64,000 nucleotides of DNA from Candidatus Iainarchaeum sp. (lineage in GTDB: Archaea; Iainarchaeota; Iainarchaeia; Iainarchaeales; GCA-2688035), in contig JAFCCL010000004.1 in NCBI GenBank assembly GCA_017610205.1, forward strand, positions 32,001 through 96,000, read 5' to 3'. A program made the translations under genes and the position numbers. The notes beneath the pieces were generated by a model. That model had not been told where the DNA came from and searched no databases. It saw only the letters and a list, made by a program, of their open reading frames with translations. Every line of letters begins with the position of its first letter. Position 1 is the first letter of the stretch. This document shows positions 18,541 through 28,475 of this stretch, in pieces.

Positions 18541-20442
18541 ATGAGTACAATAGACGAAATTAAGGACACAATTCACGGAATTTTGCCTGAAAAATGCCAG
18601 GTTACAAAAATTGAAATGGAAGGACCAGAGGTTGCAATTTACACAAAAAACCCTTCGGCTTTTTTTGAAAATGAAAACTTTGTGGCAAAAACCGCATTTG
18701 AACTAAAGAAAAGGGTAAACATCAGAACTGACAAAAGCCTTTTGATGGATGAAAAAGACGCTGTGGCAAAAGCAAAAGAAATAATTCCAGAAGACGCTGA
18801 TATCAAAGAAATATATTTTGACCAGGCATTTTCAGAAATAACAATTGAGTCAATAAAACCAGGGCTTGTAATAGGCAAGGGCGGCGAAACAAGCAAAAAA
18901 ATAATTCTTGAAACAGGCTGGACCCCAAACATAATCAGGGCACCAACACAGCCTTGTGAAGTACTTAGAGGAATAAGAAACCAGCTTCACAAATACAGCA
19001 ATGAACGAAAAAAGATTTTGAAGGAAACAGCTGAAAAAATTTACTCGGACATAGACCAAAGCCCAAAAGACTGGTTTAGAATAGAGGCATTAGGCGGTTT
19101 TAAACAGGTTGGAAGAAGCTGTGTTTTTCTTGAAACACCGCATACAAAAGTATTGCTTGACTGCGGAATAAATGTTGCAGGCGCAAATGACCCGCTGAAA
19201 AGCTTCCCATACCTCAACATACTGCACATGCCATTAAACGAACTAGATGCAGTGGTTGTAACACACGCACACCTTGACCACTCAGGATTTATTCCATTTT
19301 TGTTCAAAAGCGGTTACAGCGGACCAGTATACTGCACGCCACCAACAAGAGACCTAATGACCCTGTTACAATTTGATTACATTGATGTTTTGGCAAAAGA
19401 AGGAAAGGAAGCGCCATACAATGAAACCGATGTCAAAAAAATGCTAAAATACTGCATTCCAAGAGAATACAGGGAAGTAACAGACATTGCACCAGACATG
19501 AGGCTTACACTGCACAATGCAGCACACATTCTGGGTTCTGCATCAGTTCACATGCATGTTGGAGAAGGAGGACACAATCTTGTATACACCGGGGACATAA
19601 AGTACGGGTTTACAAGGCTGTTTAACAATGTAGACATGCACTACCCAAGGCTTGAAACACTAATAATTGAAAGCACCTACGGAGGCAAAGATGCCATACA
19701 GCCAAACAGGCAGGATTGCGAAGATTACTTACTAAAAGTCATAAAAGAAACAACTGAAAGAGACGGAAACATTTTAATTCCGGTCTTTGCAGTAGGAAGA
19801 GGACAGGAAATAATGCTGGTAATTGAAAACTTTTACAGAAACGGATTACTTGATACAAAATGCTATATTGACGGAATGACAAACCAGGCAAGTGCAATCC
19901 ACACAGCATACCCTGAATATTTAAGAAAAGGAGTTCAAAGAAGAATTCTGCAAAATGACAGCCCCTTCACTGCAGAAATATTTGAACCAATGAACGGCAA
20001 AAAAAGGGAAGAAGTACTACAGGAAAAAGGAGTAATGATAATTGCAAGCAGCGGAATGCTAACAGGCGGAGCAAGTTTGGATTACTTCCAAAGAATGGCA
20101 GAAGATGCAAACAACTGCATGGTTTTTGTAGGATACCAGGGAGAAGGAAGTTTGGGAAGAAAAATTCAAGGCGGATTAAAAATGCTTCCAAGAACAGACG
20201 AAAATGGGCGAACAAAGGCCCTAAACGTAAATATGAGAATTGAAACAATTGACGGCTTCTCAGGACACGCAGACAGAGACCAGCTTTTGGCATATGTAAG
20301 AAACCTAAAGCCAAAGCCAAAAAAGATTTTGGTAAACCACGGTGAAAAAACAAGGGCAGCAGAATTTGCAAGAACACTAAGCAGCAGATTCAAGCTCAAT
20401 GCAAGATCAATAAGCAACCTTGACGCAGTAAGGCTAAAGTAA
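18541..20442 (+). CDS. fttA: KH/beta-CASP ribonuclease aCPSF1 (termination factor FttA)
   Basis: KH (PGLVIGKGG), THAHLDH, GFSGHAD, NHGE; conserved position after psmB. Confidence 0.95.
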   Translation: MSTIDEIKDTIHGILPEKCQVTKIEMEGPEVAIYTKNPSAFFENENFVAKTAFELKKRVNIRTDKSLLMDEKDAVAKAKEIIPEDADIKEIYFDQAFSEITIESIKPGLVIGKGGETSKKIILETGWTPNIIRAPTQPCEVLRGIRNQLHKYSNERKKILKETAEKIYSDIDQSPKDWFRIEALGGFKQVGRSCVFLETPHTKVLLDCGINVAGANDPLKSFPYLNILHMPLNELDAVVVTHAHLDHSGFIPFLFKSGYSGPVYCTPPTRDLMTLLQFDYIDVLAKEGKEAPYNETDVKKMLKYCIPREYREVTDIAPDMRLTLHNAAHILGSASVHMHVGEGGHNLVYTGDIKYGFTRLFNNVDMHYPRLETLIIESTYGGKDAIQPNRQDCEDYLLKVIKETTERDGNILIPVFAVGRGQEIMLVIENFYRNGLLDTKCYIDGMTNQASAIHTAYPEYLRKGVQRRILQNDSPFTAEIFEPMNGKKREEVLQEKGVMIIASSGMLTGGASLDYFQRMAEDANNCMVFVGYQGEGSLGRKIQGGLKMLPRTDENGRTKALNVNMRIETIDGFSGHADRDQLLAYVRNLKPKPKKILVNHGEKTRAAEFARTLSSRFKLNARSISNLDAVRLK

Positions 20443-20478
20443 TTTATTCTAATAGCAAAGCCACCCTAAAAAAACTAC

Positions 20479-20610
20479 ATATACATAACGGCCTTTTTTT
20501 GAAAAATTTCAGAATTTGAAAAAAGAAAAAAAAAAGCAAATATACATAAAAATAAAGGCTAAATTGAACTCTATTTCACGATACAAGGTTAATTTTTTTT
20601 ATATACATAA
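20479..20610. repeat. Three ATATACATAA boxes at exact 61-bp spacing in an AT-rich intergenic region
   Basis: Copies at 20479, 20540, 20601. Confidence 0.6.
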
Positions 20611-20694
20611 AAAAAAGCCCAAATTGGGCTTTTTGAAGCGAAAAGTATTTATATGGGGTTGCGTATAATACTAGTGCTTTGCGAAGGGATCAAT

Positions 20695-20866
20695 ATGAAA
20701 ATAAATGAAAGCCACTTTGAAGTGGCAGAATTAAGTTCGGAAAAGGCATCTGAGCTAGGCAAGACTCTAAGCAAAGGGGGCATTACCAAAGCTGATAGCG
20801 AAACTGCTTTTCCCAAAAGGTGTCGGCGGTAATGCCCTTTCACCCCTATTAAAGCCTTAGCTGCGC
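20695..20866 (+). other. Putative small ORF (45 aa, 20695-20832) overlapping a structured RNA
   Basis: BRE/TATA (cgaaaagtatttatat) and GAAGGGA upstream; stems GGGGGCATTACC/GGTAATGCCCTT and GCTGATA/TGTCGGC. Confidence 0.4.
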
Positions 20867-20919
20867 TTTCAAGCTTTTTAACTCCCTTTTAAATTCCTTT
20901 TCCAGGCAAATTCTTTTGC

Positions 20920-21414
20920 ATGTGCATTATAATTACAGGAAGCCCAGGTGTTGGAAAAACAAGCGTTGCAAAGGCACTTGGCAAAAAGCTTGGCTATTTA
21001 GTGCTTAACGAAAAGCAGTTTGCTCTGGAAGAAAAGATTGGGAAATGGGACCCTGAAGAAGACGAACTTGTCATTCCCTTGATGCCATATGCAAAGGCCT
21101 TAAACAGGCTTTTTTCAGAAAAGAAAAATGTAATAATTGAAGGCCATCTTTTATGCGAATTAAAGACAAAAGCAGATTTTGTGGTCTTACTAAGAGTGCA
21201 TCCAGAGCTGCTTGAAACAAGGCTGCATTTAAGAAATTATTCAGAGGAAAAGGTTCAGGACAATGTTTTCTGCGAAGGAATTGATTACTGCAAAAAACAT
21301 TTGTTAAAAAATTACCCCAAAAAAAGGATTATAGAGGTGGAAAGTGGGAAAACTATAAAAGAAACATTGAACAGAATAATAAAGGGGCTAAAGGAAAAAG
21401 AAGCCAAAATTTGA
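20920..21414 (+). CDS. Adenylate kinase, AK6/Fap7 family
   Basis: ITGSPGVGKT, IIEGH, RNYSEEKVQDN. Confidence 0.9.
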   Translation: MCIIITGSPGVGKTSVAKALGKKLGYLVLNEKQFALEEKIGKWDPEEDELVIPLMPYAKALNRLFSEKKNVIIEGHLLCELKTKADFVVLLRVHPELLETRLHLRNYSEEKVQDNVFCEGIDYCKKHLLKNYPKKRIIEVESGKTIKETLNRIIKGLKEKEAKI

Positions 21415-21437
21415 ATTTTTGGAAAAGGTGCAAAGTT

Positions 21438-22652
21438 ATGAATAAGTGGATTTTTCTTGCATTATTAATGCTTTTTTCAGTGCCTGTTGTTTCAGGAGAA
21501 ACTGTTTTTGAAAGAAGCTTTGGAGAAATGGGTTATGAAAGCCTGCTTGTAGAAGGCCCACGCCAAACAGAGTGTTTTGAAGCAGAATTCTTATATCCAA
21601 AGGATATTGCAGTAGAAAGCGATGAAATATACCCAATTGCATCAATTGGCATGGAAATAGGGCCTGTACAGGAAGGAAAAATAGATGTAAATGCCTTTTT
21701 GAACAGCAAAGAAATTGCAAACCTTACATTGGAAGATTTCAAATGCAGTGAAGAAAAATGCTGGGAAAGACTTGCATTGCCAAAGGATTTGCTGCTTGAA
21801 GAAGAAAATTCATTGCAGATATGCCTTGGAACAGGCAATAGCATAACAAGCATAATGCTTGACAAGAACTCAGGAATAGGACTTTACAAAGCAGCAGATT
21901 TTTCAGAAGAAAGCGCGTTTAGCACAGCTGCAGAAAAAACAGATTTGGTAAAAGGCGAAAAAACAACAATAAAAATACTTCTACATAACTTAGGGAGTGC
22001 TGCAACAAATGTAAAAGTAGAGTTTGCAAGACCTTTGGCAGAGGACAAAAATGCCTTTTCAGTTGTTGAAGGGAATACATATTACACAGGCGAAATAGCC
22101 CCTGACCAGGAAATTAAATTAGAGTATGTTGTAAAACCAAGAAGGGCAGTGCACATGACTTTGCCTCCTGCAATAGTTTATTTTGAAAATCCTTTTGGGG
22201 AAACTGAATCAAAATTCAGCAACCTTGTTGAATTGAATGTAAGGGAACCTGAAAGAAAAATAGAGGCCTTTGTTGTAAAAGAGGAGGAAACAAGCAGTAT
22301 TGGAAGCCCTATTGAAATGAAGCTTGCTGTAAAAAATGTTGGAAACGACCCGCTTTACAGCCTGAGCACAAGCATTGAATCAGAAGCAGAAATAAGCCAG
22401 CTTGAAAAAACCATTGAGGTATTGCAGCCAAAGGAAACAAAATATTTGCAATTTTCCATTAACAGCAGCAAGCCAGGAAAATTCCCAATAGGCTGCACAA
22501 TAACATATACTGACGCCAATGTTTCTGAAAGCAAATGCCAAAACAGCTTTGCAGAATTTGTACAGCCGGAAATAAATCCAATAATTTACATAGCAATTGC
22601 ATTTATCATAATCGCAATCGGAATTTACCTATACATTATGAAAACAGGGTAA
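21438..22652 (+). CDS. Surface protein with BatD/CARDB-like domains and C-terminal TM
   Basis: Signal peptide, LHNLGSAA and VKNVGNDP Ig-like motifs, terminal TM. Confidence 0.8.
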   Translation: MNKWIFLALLMLFSVPVVSGETVFERSFGEMGYESLLVEGPRQTECFEAEFLYPKDIAVESDEIYPIASIGMEIGPVQEGKIDVNAFLNSKEIANLTLEDFKCSEEKCWERLALPKDLLLEEENSLQICLGTGNSITSIMLDKNSGIGLYKAADFSEESAFSTAAEKTDLVKGEKTTIKILLHNLGSAATNVKVEFARPLAEDKNAFSVVEGNTYYTGEIAPDQEIKLEYVVKPRRAVHMTLPPAIVYFENPFGETESKFSNLVELNVREPERKIEAFVVKEEETSSIGSPIEMKLAVKNVGNDPLYSLSTSIESEAEISQLEKTIEVLQPKETKYLQFSINSSKPGKFPIGCTITYTDANVSESKCQNSFAEFVQPEINPIIYIAIAFIIIAIGIYLYIMKTG

Positions 22653-22686
22653 AAAGAAGGGTGGTAACTTACTAGCGCAAAAAAGA

Positions 22687-25233
22687 CTATTTTTTTCTCA
22701 AAATAAAGACTACAAATGCAAGCAGCAAAGGCAAAATCAGAATATTGAAATCAGGAACAGGAGCAGGTTTTACCAAGGCAACAGTCAGATACTTTACACT
22801 ACTACTGTCATGCAAAACACCAGAGGCATCATAAACTCTGGCATATAATGCATAACGACCTGGTTCCCAATCGCTATTAACATTGAAGAAAAGATTATCC
22901 GGAGGAGTTGGACCAAAGACTACAGGAGAACTGCCAACAGCCTTTGGCAAAGTAGATTTAGTAATTTTTGACACACCTTCTGGATTAATTACATCAAGTT
23001 CAACAGTAGCAAAATCTGAAACACCCCAGTTGCTAACAGTCACAGTAGCCTCAACTACTTCACTAAAACCACTTTCAACAAACACAGAATTTGGCAAAAT
23101 ATCAAAGGAAGCAATATGGAAATCCCAAGGAGTAGAAGGAGTAACTGTTACAGTTACAGTAGCAGTATCAGAATCAATAGCACCAACATTATCAGTAGCA
23201 GTCAAAGAAACAGTAACATCAGTAGAAACAGCAAAATTACAAACAATAGAACCATTATTTGTCTCAGAAGCACCACTACCATCACTAGTATCAGCAGACG
23301 TTATTGTACAATCATCAGAATAATCAGACATCCAACCACAACCACCTGCAGCTATAAAACCATCCGAATCAGAACAACCACCAAGCAAATTAACCACAGC
23401 ACCACTTGCACCAGAATAATTACCATTAGCCTCAGCAACAGGAGCAACATTTGGCAAAGCAACCACTGTAACTGTTACAAAATCAGCAGCAGAACTAGCA
23501 ACACCATCATCAACAATCAATTGAAAAATATAAATTTCACCAGCACTACCAGAAGTAAACGTCGGCTGAAAATTTGAAGAATCATTTAACACAGGACAGG
23601 GATCAGGCGAAGAAGCATTACAAGCCCAAGAATAAGTCAAACAAGTACCAGAAGAATCACCAACAGGACAATCTTCCGGATCAAAAGAACCACTACCATC
23701 CAAACTAACCAAAAGACCAGAAGGCACAGACTGATCAACACCAGCAACAGCAACAGGAGGATTATCAACAGCACTATTAACAGTGATAACCCTGGTATCA
23801 GGGGTTGGGTCCCATGTGCCAGTGCTGTCTTGGACACGATATTTAATTGTGTAACTGCCCCTGTCGTTGAATACTATAAGTCCAGGGTTTTGCCGAATTG
23901 AGGGAAAGCTGGCCGGGCAGATTCCGTTAATTGTTTCACAAGCCCATTCGTTTGCCTGGATTGCATCACAGGAGTCATCGTCCTGTCCTTGACCCTGAAA
24001 GGTTATGCTTTCCCTTTCAAGTATTGACAGGGGATTGCTTAAAGGAGAGGTGATTGTTGATTCAGGAGCATTGTTTAGGGAAACCGGGTTTTCCATGCAT
24101 TTCTGGTAAGGGTAGCTATCGTTTTTGCTTATATCAATGCCCCAGGTGCTTGTGAAATCCCATCCTGTAAAAGTTGATTGTTGTTTCATTTCAGGTGTTG
24201 TTTTGCCTGTTCCACAATCACTTGTGCTAACTCCGGAAGAGTCCGTGTCCCAAAAACAATTGTTACAGTTGCTGCCAGGCAGATTGCCAAAACGTGCCAG
24301 TCCATAGACACAGCCAATGAGGCAGTTTAACCTTAACCCGCTTAGTTGACCTGTTGCAAAAGAGTTTGTTAGTGTAGTTGCCTCGGCATTCCCAATTAAG
24401 CCTCCAACCCATGAACTGCCAGTTCCAACCCCTGCGCCAACACTGCCTCTTGCAAAACTGTTTTGTATTGTTGAAGACTGGTCAGTCCCAATTAGGCCGC
24501 CGGCAAAACTCTGGCCTATTAAAGAATTAGTGGTTATGTTTGCTGTGGAAAAAGAACAATCTATCAAGGTGTTGAGAGCTGATCCAACTAATCCGCCTGT
24601 AAATGCTGGCCCGTTCACTGTTCCGCTGGAAAAAGAGCGGCAAATTTTTGTTGAATTGGCAGTTCCTATTATGCCGCCAACCCATCCTGCATAAGATGTG
24701 CTTTTTGCCACGCCATTAAAGCTTGAGTCAATTATTGTATCAAGCATGCTATTCCCAATTAGACCTCCAACCCGCTTGTTGGCTTTTACTGTTCCGGTGA
24801 CATTGGAGTTTATTATAACTGAACGACTACTTGCCCCAGCAAGCCCTCCGGTGGGACCAAGAGTGCTGTTTCCTGTTATGCTAACGTTCTCAAGGACCAC
24901 ATTTTTTATTGTTGCACGGCGGAGGTTTCCAAACAAGCCAATGCCATCAGAAACTGTTGTTGTGTCAATGTACAGCCCGGTTATTTTGAAGCCTTGGCCG
25001 TTAAGGCTGCCTGTAAACTTGTCGGAGAGTTTGCCTATTGGCGTGAACCCTGTGCCAGTGTTGAAGGGAAAAACATCACAATCAATATTTTTCCCCAAAA
25101 CATAGTATTCATCGAGATTGATATTCATTGCCTGCAGACCAGCACAGTCTGTAATTGTGGTTAGAGCGCTTGCAGTGCCTGCAAACAGCAGTGCAGAAAA
25201 TAGCAATGCAAAAAGAAACGAGATTTTTTTCAT
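22687..25233 (-). CDS. GLUG-repeat surface protein with PKD/Ig domains and VPDF-CTERM
   Basis: Repeated GGL(I/V)G, GWDFTSTW, PVAVAG/PVAEAN motifs, PAPVPDF + TM + RKK. Confidence 0.88.
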   Translation of the reverse strand: MKKISFLFALLFSALLFAGTASALTTITDCAGLQAMNINLDEYYVLGKNIDCDVFPFNTGTGFTPIGKLSDKFTGSLNGQGFKITGLYIDTTTVSDGIGLFGNLRRATIKNVVLENVSITGNSTLGPTGGLAGASSRSVIINSNVTGTVKANKRVGGLIGNSMLDTIIDSSFNGVAKSTSYAGWVGGIIGTANSTKICRSFSSGTVNGPAFTGGLVGSALNTLIDCSFSTANITTNSLIGQSFAGGLIGTDQSSTIQNSFARGSVGAGVGTGSSWVGGLIGNAEATTLTNSFATGQLSGLRLNCLIGCVYGLARFGNLPGSNCNNCFWDTDSSGVSTSDCGTGKTTPEMKQQSTFTGWDFTSTWGIDISKNDSYPYQKCMENPVSLNNAPESTITSPLSNPLSILERESITFQGQGQDDDSCDAIQANEWACETINGICPASFPSIRQNPGLIVFNDRGSYTIKYRVQDSTGTWDPTPDTRVITVNSAVDNPPVAVAGVDQSVPSGLLVSLDGSGSFDPEDCPVGDSSGTCLTYSWACNASSPDPCPVLNDSSNFQPTFTSGSAGEIYIFQLIVDDGVASSAADFVTVTVVALPNVAPVAEANGNYSGASGAVVNLLGGCSDSDGFIAAGGCGWMSDYSDDCTITSADTSDGSGASETNNGSIVCNFAVSTDVTVSLTATDNVGAIDSDTATVTVTVTPSTPWDFHIASFDILPNSVFVESGFSEVVEATVTVSNWGVSDFATVELDVINPEGVSKITKSTLPKAVGSSPVVFGPTPPDNLFFNVNSDWEPGRYALYARVYDASGVLHDSSSVKYLTVALVKPAPVPDFNILILPLLLAFVVFILRKK

Positions 25234-25405
25234 ATCCTACATTTGTTTTTTGTTATATTTAAAGGCGGTGGATTTTATTTAAGCGCTTTTTTTAGCCTGT
25301 TTTGGTGCTTCAGCTTTTCTCTATTTTTTTGAACAGTAGCTTTTTTTTGCTTTGGGTGCTTTTTCTTTTTGAAGCGAATGAATAGGGCAATCAAGCAGGC
25401 AAAAA

Positions 25406-28400
25406 TCACCAGTTGCTTTCAATCTTTTTTACAAGCTCTTCCTTTTGCTTTCCATCCTTTTCCTTTTTGAGCCTTATAAACAAAACAAGACCTGCACAGG
25501 CTGCCAGTGGAATGGCAAGGATTGGCAGGTTTAATCCAGTTGGCTGTGATGGAAGTGCCATTAATGCTGTTGCATTCTTTGATTCTGCAATTGATTCAAG
25601 ATAGCTTCCGTCAAGCAAAAGATTTTTGGATTTTTCAAGGCTTTCGTTTGCCGTGGTGTTGTCAGGGTTGCTGTTGAATATTTCTGCAGCACTGTTAAAT
25701 GAAACAACAGCATCTTCCTTGATTTGAGAAAATGAGTCTGAAAGGCGTGAAGAAATTTGTTCTGTTTCCAAAAGCTTTTCGTCAAGCTGTTTTGAGAATG
25801 GATTTGATTCCTCTAAGGCTGCGTCAATGTCGCCTTGTTCTGCAAATTGTTGAAAATCCTGCACCTGCTTTTTTCCAAGGAATGATTTAAGGCTGTTAAT
25901 ATTGAGCCTTAGCTTGTCAAGCTCTTCTCTTGTTATTGGGAGGGGATATTTTGATGAAATTATTTGCTCATCCGAAATGTTTGAGAAGATTGTGTCAAGC
26001 AGTCCAAGGTTTTCCTCTGCAGAATAAAGATTGGATTGAATGGAATTGATTTTTTCAGAAATTTTTATTGTTTCGGCAATATTTTGAATTTGCTGTGCAG
26101 TGTTTTGGAAATTGGAAACTAGGGCAATGGTGTTGGTGTCAATGGTTTGAGAAAAGAGTTCTGGAGGCTGTAGAAGGCTGTTGCTTGTACTCTTTGAAAA
26201 GCGCAGCACTGTTTTGCCTTGCGGGAGGCCGTTGAGGTCTAGGGAAATTGTTTTTCCATCTGTTTTAAATGAAAGAATATTTGGGCTAAAGGCAGTAACT
26301 GTTGCTGTATTTTTGTCAAAGGGAAGTTGTATTGTAAGAGGCCCTGTAATTGAATATGGAAAAGTGTTGTCAAGCTCTATTTCAATGTCTTGGTTTGTTT
26401 CAATAATTGAAGCATTTTCCTGCACAAAGGAATGAATTGCTGTGTTAAGTGTTTCTTCAAGCAATGCAAGAAATTCTGAAAGGCTTTGTTTAAGGTCAGG
26501 AAGAAGCGGCAGGGATTTTTCAAAAATAAGGTTTTGGTTTGAAAAAAAGCTTTTAAAATAGGCTTTTTGCGATTCAATGTTTTTCATTTTTGTTTTGGAA
26601 ACAAGGTCTTTAGATTCGGCAATTTCTAGAGCTGAAAGCATTTGATTGGCTTGAAAAAATTGGCTTTCAATTTCTATTATAGCAGGCTGGTTTTGAAGAA
26701 ATGTCCTAAGGTCGGTTTCAAGTGCAGTGCAGATTCTTTTAACGGCTTCAAGGTTGGAGTAAGGCTGTTCAATATTTTTAAGTTGAAGAAACCTTAGGTT
26801 AAAATCGTCAAAGGAAATTCCGCTTGCTTTGCTGCTTTCAAGGCTTTTGTTGATAAACGAAAGGCATTCTTCAAGTGCTGTTTCTTCAAGCAATTGGTAT
26901 TCTTTAAAGTTTTGCAATGCCAGAGAAAATCTTGAAAATTCGTCAACCATTTCAGCGCATTGAAAAAGCTTTTGTTCATTTTCTTTGGCTTGCCTAAACA
27001 AAGAAAGCTTAAATTTGGCTCTTGCTTTTAGGTCTGATGCTGTTGAAATATAATCAGTTGGAAGTGAAGCCTGTTCAAGCTCTTGTTCAATAAAACCTGC
27101 TCTTTCGTTGCAAAGTACAAGCAGTCCGCCTAGAACCTCATTTCTCAGGTATTCTGAATTTTCTTTAAGAAAGGAAAGGTCTGAGTTTAATTGTTTTAAG
27201 GATTCTGCCTTTTTGCCAAGACTTAGGTTGTTCAAGGAATCCTGCTGCCGGAGCAAGGCAAGCTCCTGTTTTAGTTCAGAAAGTTTTGCACTGGATTCTT
27301 CCCTTAGTTCGCCAAAGTCTCTGATACCATACTTTTGTGACGAAGCAATGCTTTCCTGATTCAAACCAGAGTAGAGTTTTTGGAAAAATTCACTGTCAAA
27401 GCCCGAATATTTTTCTGAAAGCAGGGCATTGATTTCTTTCTCGGTTTCAAGAATTGCCTTTGAAGCGCTTGCTTCAAGTTCTGCATTCCTTTGCATTAAT
27501 TGCTTTCTGTGCAATGCATTCTGTTCAATTAAAACAGAAAATTTGGCAAGGCAGGTGTTGTCTGTTCCCATAAAGTTGCTGTAAATTTGGATAAATTGAA
27601 ATGCAGGAACCTTTTCAAGTTCACCAACGGCATTTTCTGCAGTTGAAAGATTTGCAAGGTATGACACAAAGGATGGAAGCAGTGGGTCAATAAATGGAAT
27701 GCCAAATTCGCTGTTGAAATATTTTGCAATTAATGAAGAAGGTTGGCTTAAAATTGAAAAAATATTTGATTCGCTTACAATGCTTTGACCAAAACCTGTT
27801 GAATTTGTAAGAGAGACAAAGCTTGATGTTTGAGTTAAGTAAAAACAAGAATAGCTTTCATTGCTTTGGCAGGTTTCAGGGCTGGAAAGCTGGCTTATGT
27901 TTAATGAAAGCAGTGCAAAATCGTTAAACAATGGCTCTTCTTTTGCAAGATTTAAGTCCTCTTTTTCAAGATCTTCGTGTTCCAAAAACATGATTGCAAA
28001 ACTTTCCCTGTTTGCCAAGTCACTGAATTCAAAGGCCTTTGACATATTGTGAGTTAACTCATTCAACTGAAAAATAAGACCTGAAAGACTTTTGTTTTTG
28101 CTGCAAATGCTATGAATGGCTGAAATGTTTTCTCTTGCCTTGTTGAAGTAAAGCCAGCTTAATGAGGCATTGTTTTTGTAACTGTAAAGCCTGTTTCTTA
28201 CTTCGCTGCTGAAAACGCTTTGGTCAAAAGAAAAAAAGTTTGCTTCAAGTTTGGAAAAGCATTCCTTTTCATTATCGCATTCCGGAACAAACGCATAGCT
28301 TTTTTCAGTTAAGTCAAGGCAGTAAAACCTTTGCTCAGGGCTTAATGAATCAATGCAGCCGCTTAATGCAAGCAAAAGAGCAATTGCAAGCAAGGGCAGT

Positions 28401-28414
28401 ATTTGCTTTAGCAT
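25406..28414 (-). CDS. Large helical coiled-coil lipoprotein with C-terminal TM
   Basis: Probable start MLKQILP, lipobox LSGC, long helical body, terminal TM + basic tail. Confidence 0.8.
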   Translation of the reverse strand: MLKQILPLLAIALLLALSGCIDSLSPEQRFYCLDLTEKSYAFVPECDNEKECFSKLEANFFSFDQSVFSSEVRNRLYSYKNNASLSWLYFNKARENISAIHSICSKNKSLSGLIFQLNELTHNMSKAFEFSDLANRESFAIMFLEHEDLEKEDLNLAKEEPLFNDFALLSLNISQLSSPETCQSNESYSCFYLTQTSSFVSLTNSTGFGQSIVSESNIFSILSQPSSLIAKYFNSEFGIPFIDPLLPSFVSYLANLSTAENAVGELEKVPAFQFIQIYSNFMGTDNTCLAKFSVLIEQNALHRKQLMQRNAELEASASKAILETEKEINALLSEKYSGFDSEFFQKLYSGLNQESIASSQKYGIRDFGELREESSAKLSELKQELALLRQQDSLNNLSLGKKAESLKQLNSDLSFLKENSEYLRNEVLGGLLVLCNERAGFIEQELEQASLPTDYISTASDLKARAKFKLSLFRQAKENEQKLFQCAEMVDEFSRFSLALQNFKEYQLLEETALEECLSFINKSLESSKASGISFDDFNLRFLQLKNIEQPYSNLEAVKRICTALETDLRTFLQNQPAIIEIESQFFQANQMLSALEIAESKDLVSKTKMKNIESQKAYFKSFFSNQNLIFEKSLPLLPDLKQSLSEFLALLEETLNTAIHSFVQENASIIETNQDIEIELDNTFPYSITGPLTIQLPFDKNTATVTAFSPNILSFKTDGKTISLDLNGLPQGKTVLRFSKSTSNSLLQPPELFSQTIDTNTIALVSNFQNTAQQIQNIAETIKISEKINSIQSNLYSAEENLGLLDTIFSNISDEQIISSKYPLPITREELDKLRLNINSLKSFLGKKQVQDFQQFAEQGDIDAALEESNPFSKQLDEKLLETEQISSRLSDSFSQIKEDAVVSFNSAAEIFNSNPDNTTANESLEKSKNLLLDGSYLESIAESKNATALMALPSQPTGLNLPILAIPLAACAGLVLFIRLKKEKDGKQKEELVKKIESNW

Positions 28415-28475
28415 AAAGAAAACTGCTTCCTGCAAAGCTTTTAAAACAAGCAAAAAATTCGGCAAAAAACGAAGG

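Noticed and set aside
20479-20610. CRISPR mini-array (61-bp period)
   Set aside because: The repeat is only 10 bp, spacers are low-complexity, and no cas genes are present.
20760-20870. SRP or RNase P RNA
   Set aside because: No CAGG-GNRA-AGCAG helix 8 motif and no GAGGAAAGTCC / AACAGAA P4 motifs on either strand.
20656-20887. tmRNA/tRNA-Ala-like acceptor stem (GGGGTTG / TAACTCC, G3-U70) around a short ORF
   Set aside because: No proper T-arm, discriminator A or CCA, and the TATA box abuts the GGGG so transcription would start downstream of it.
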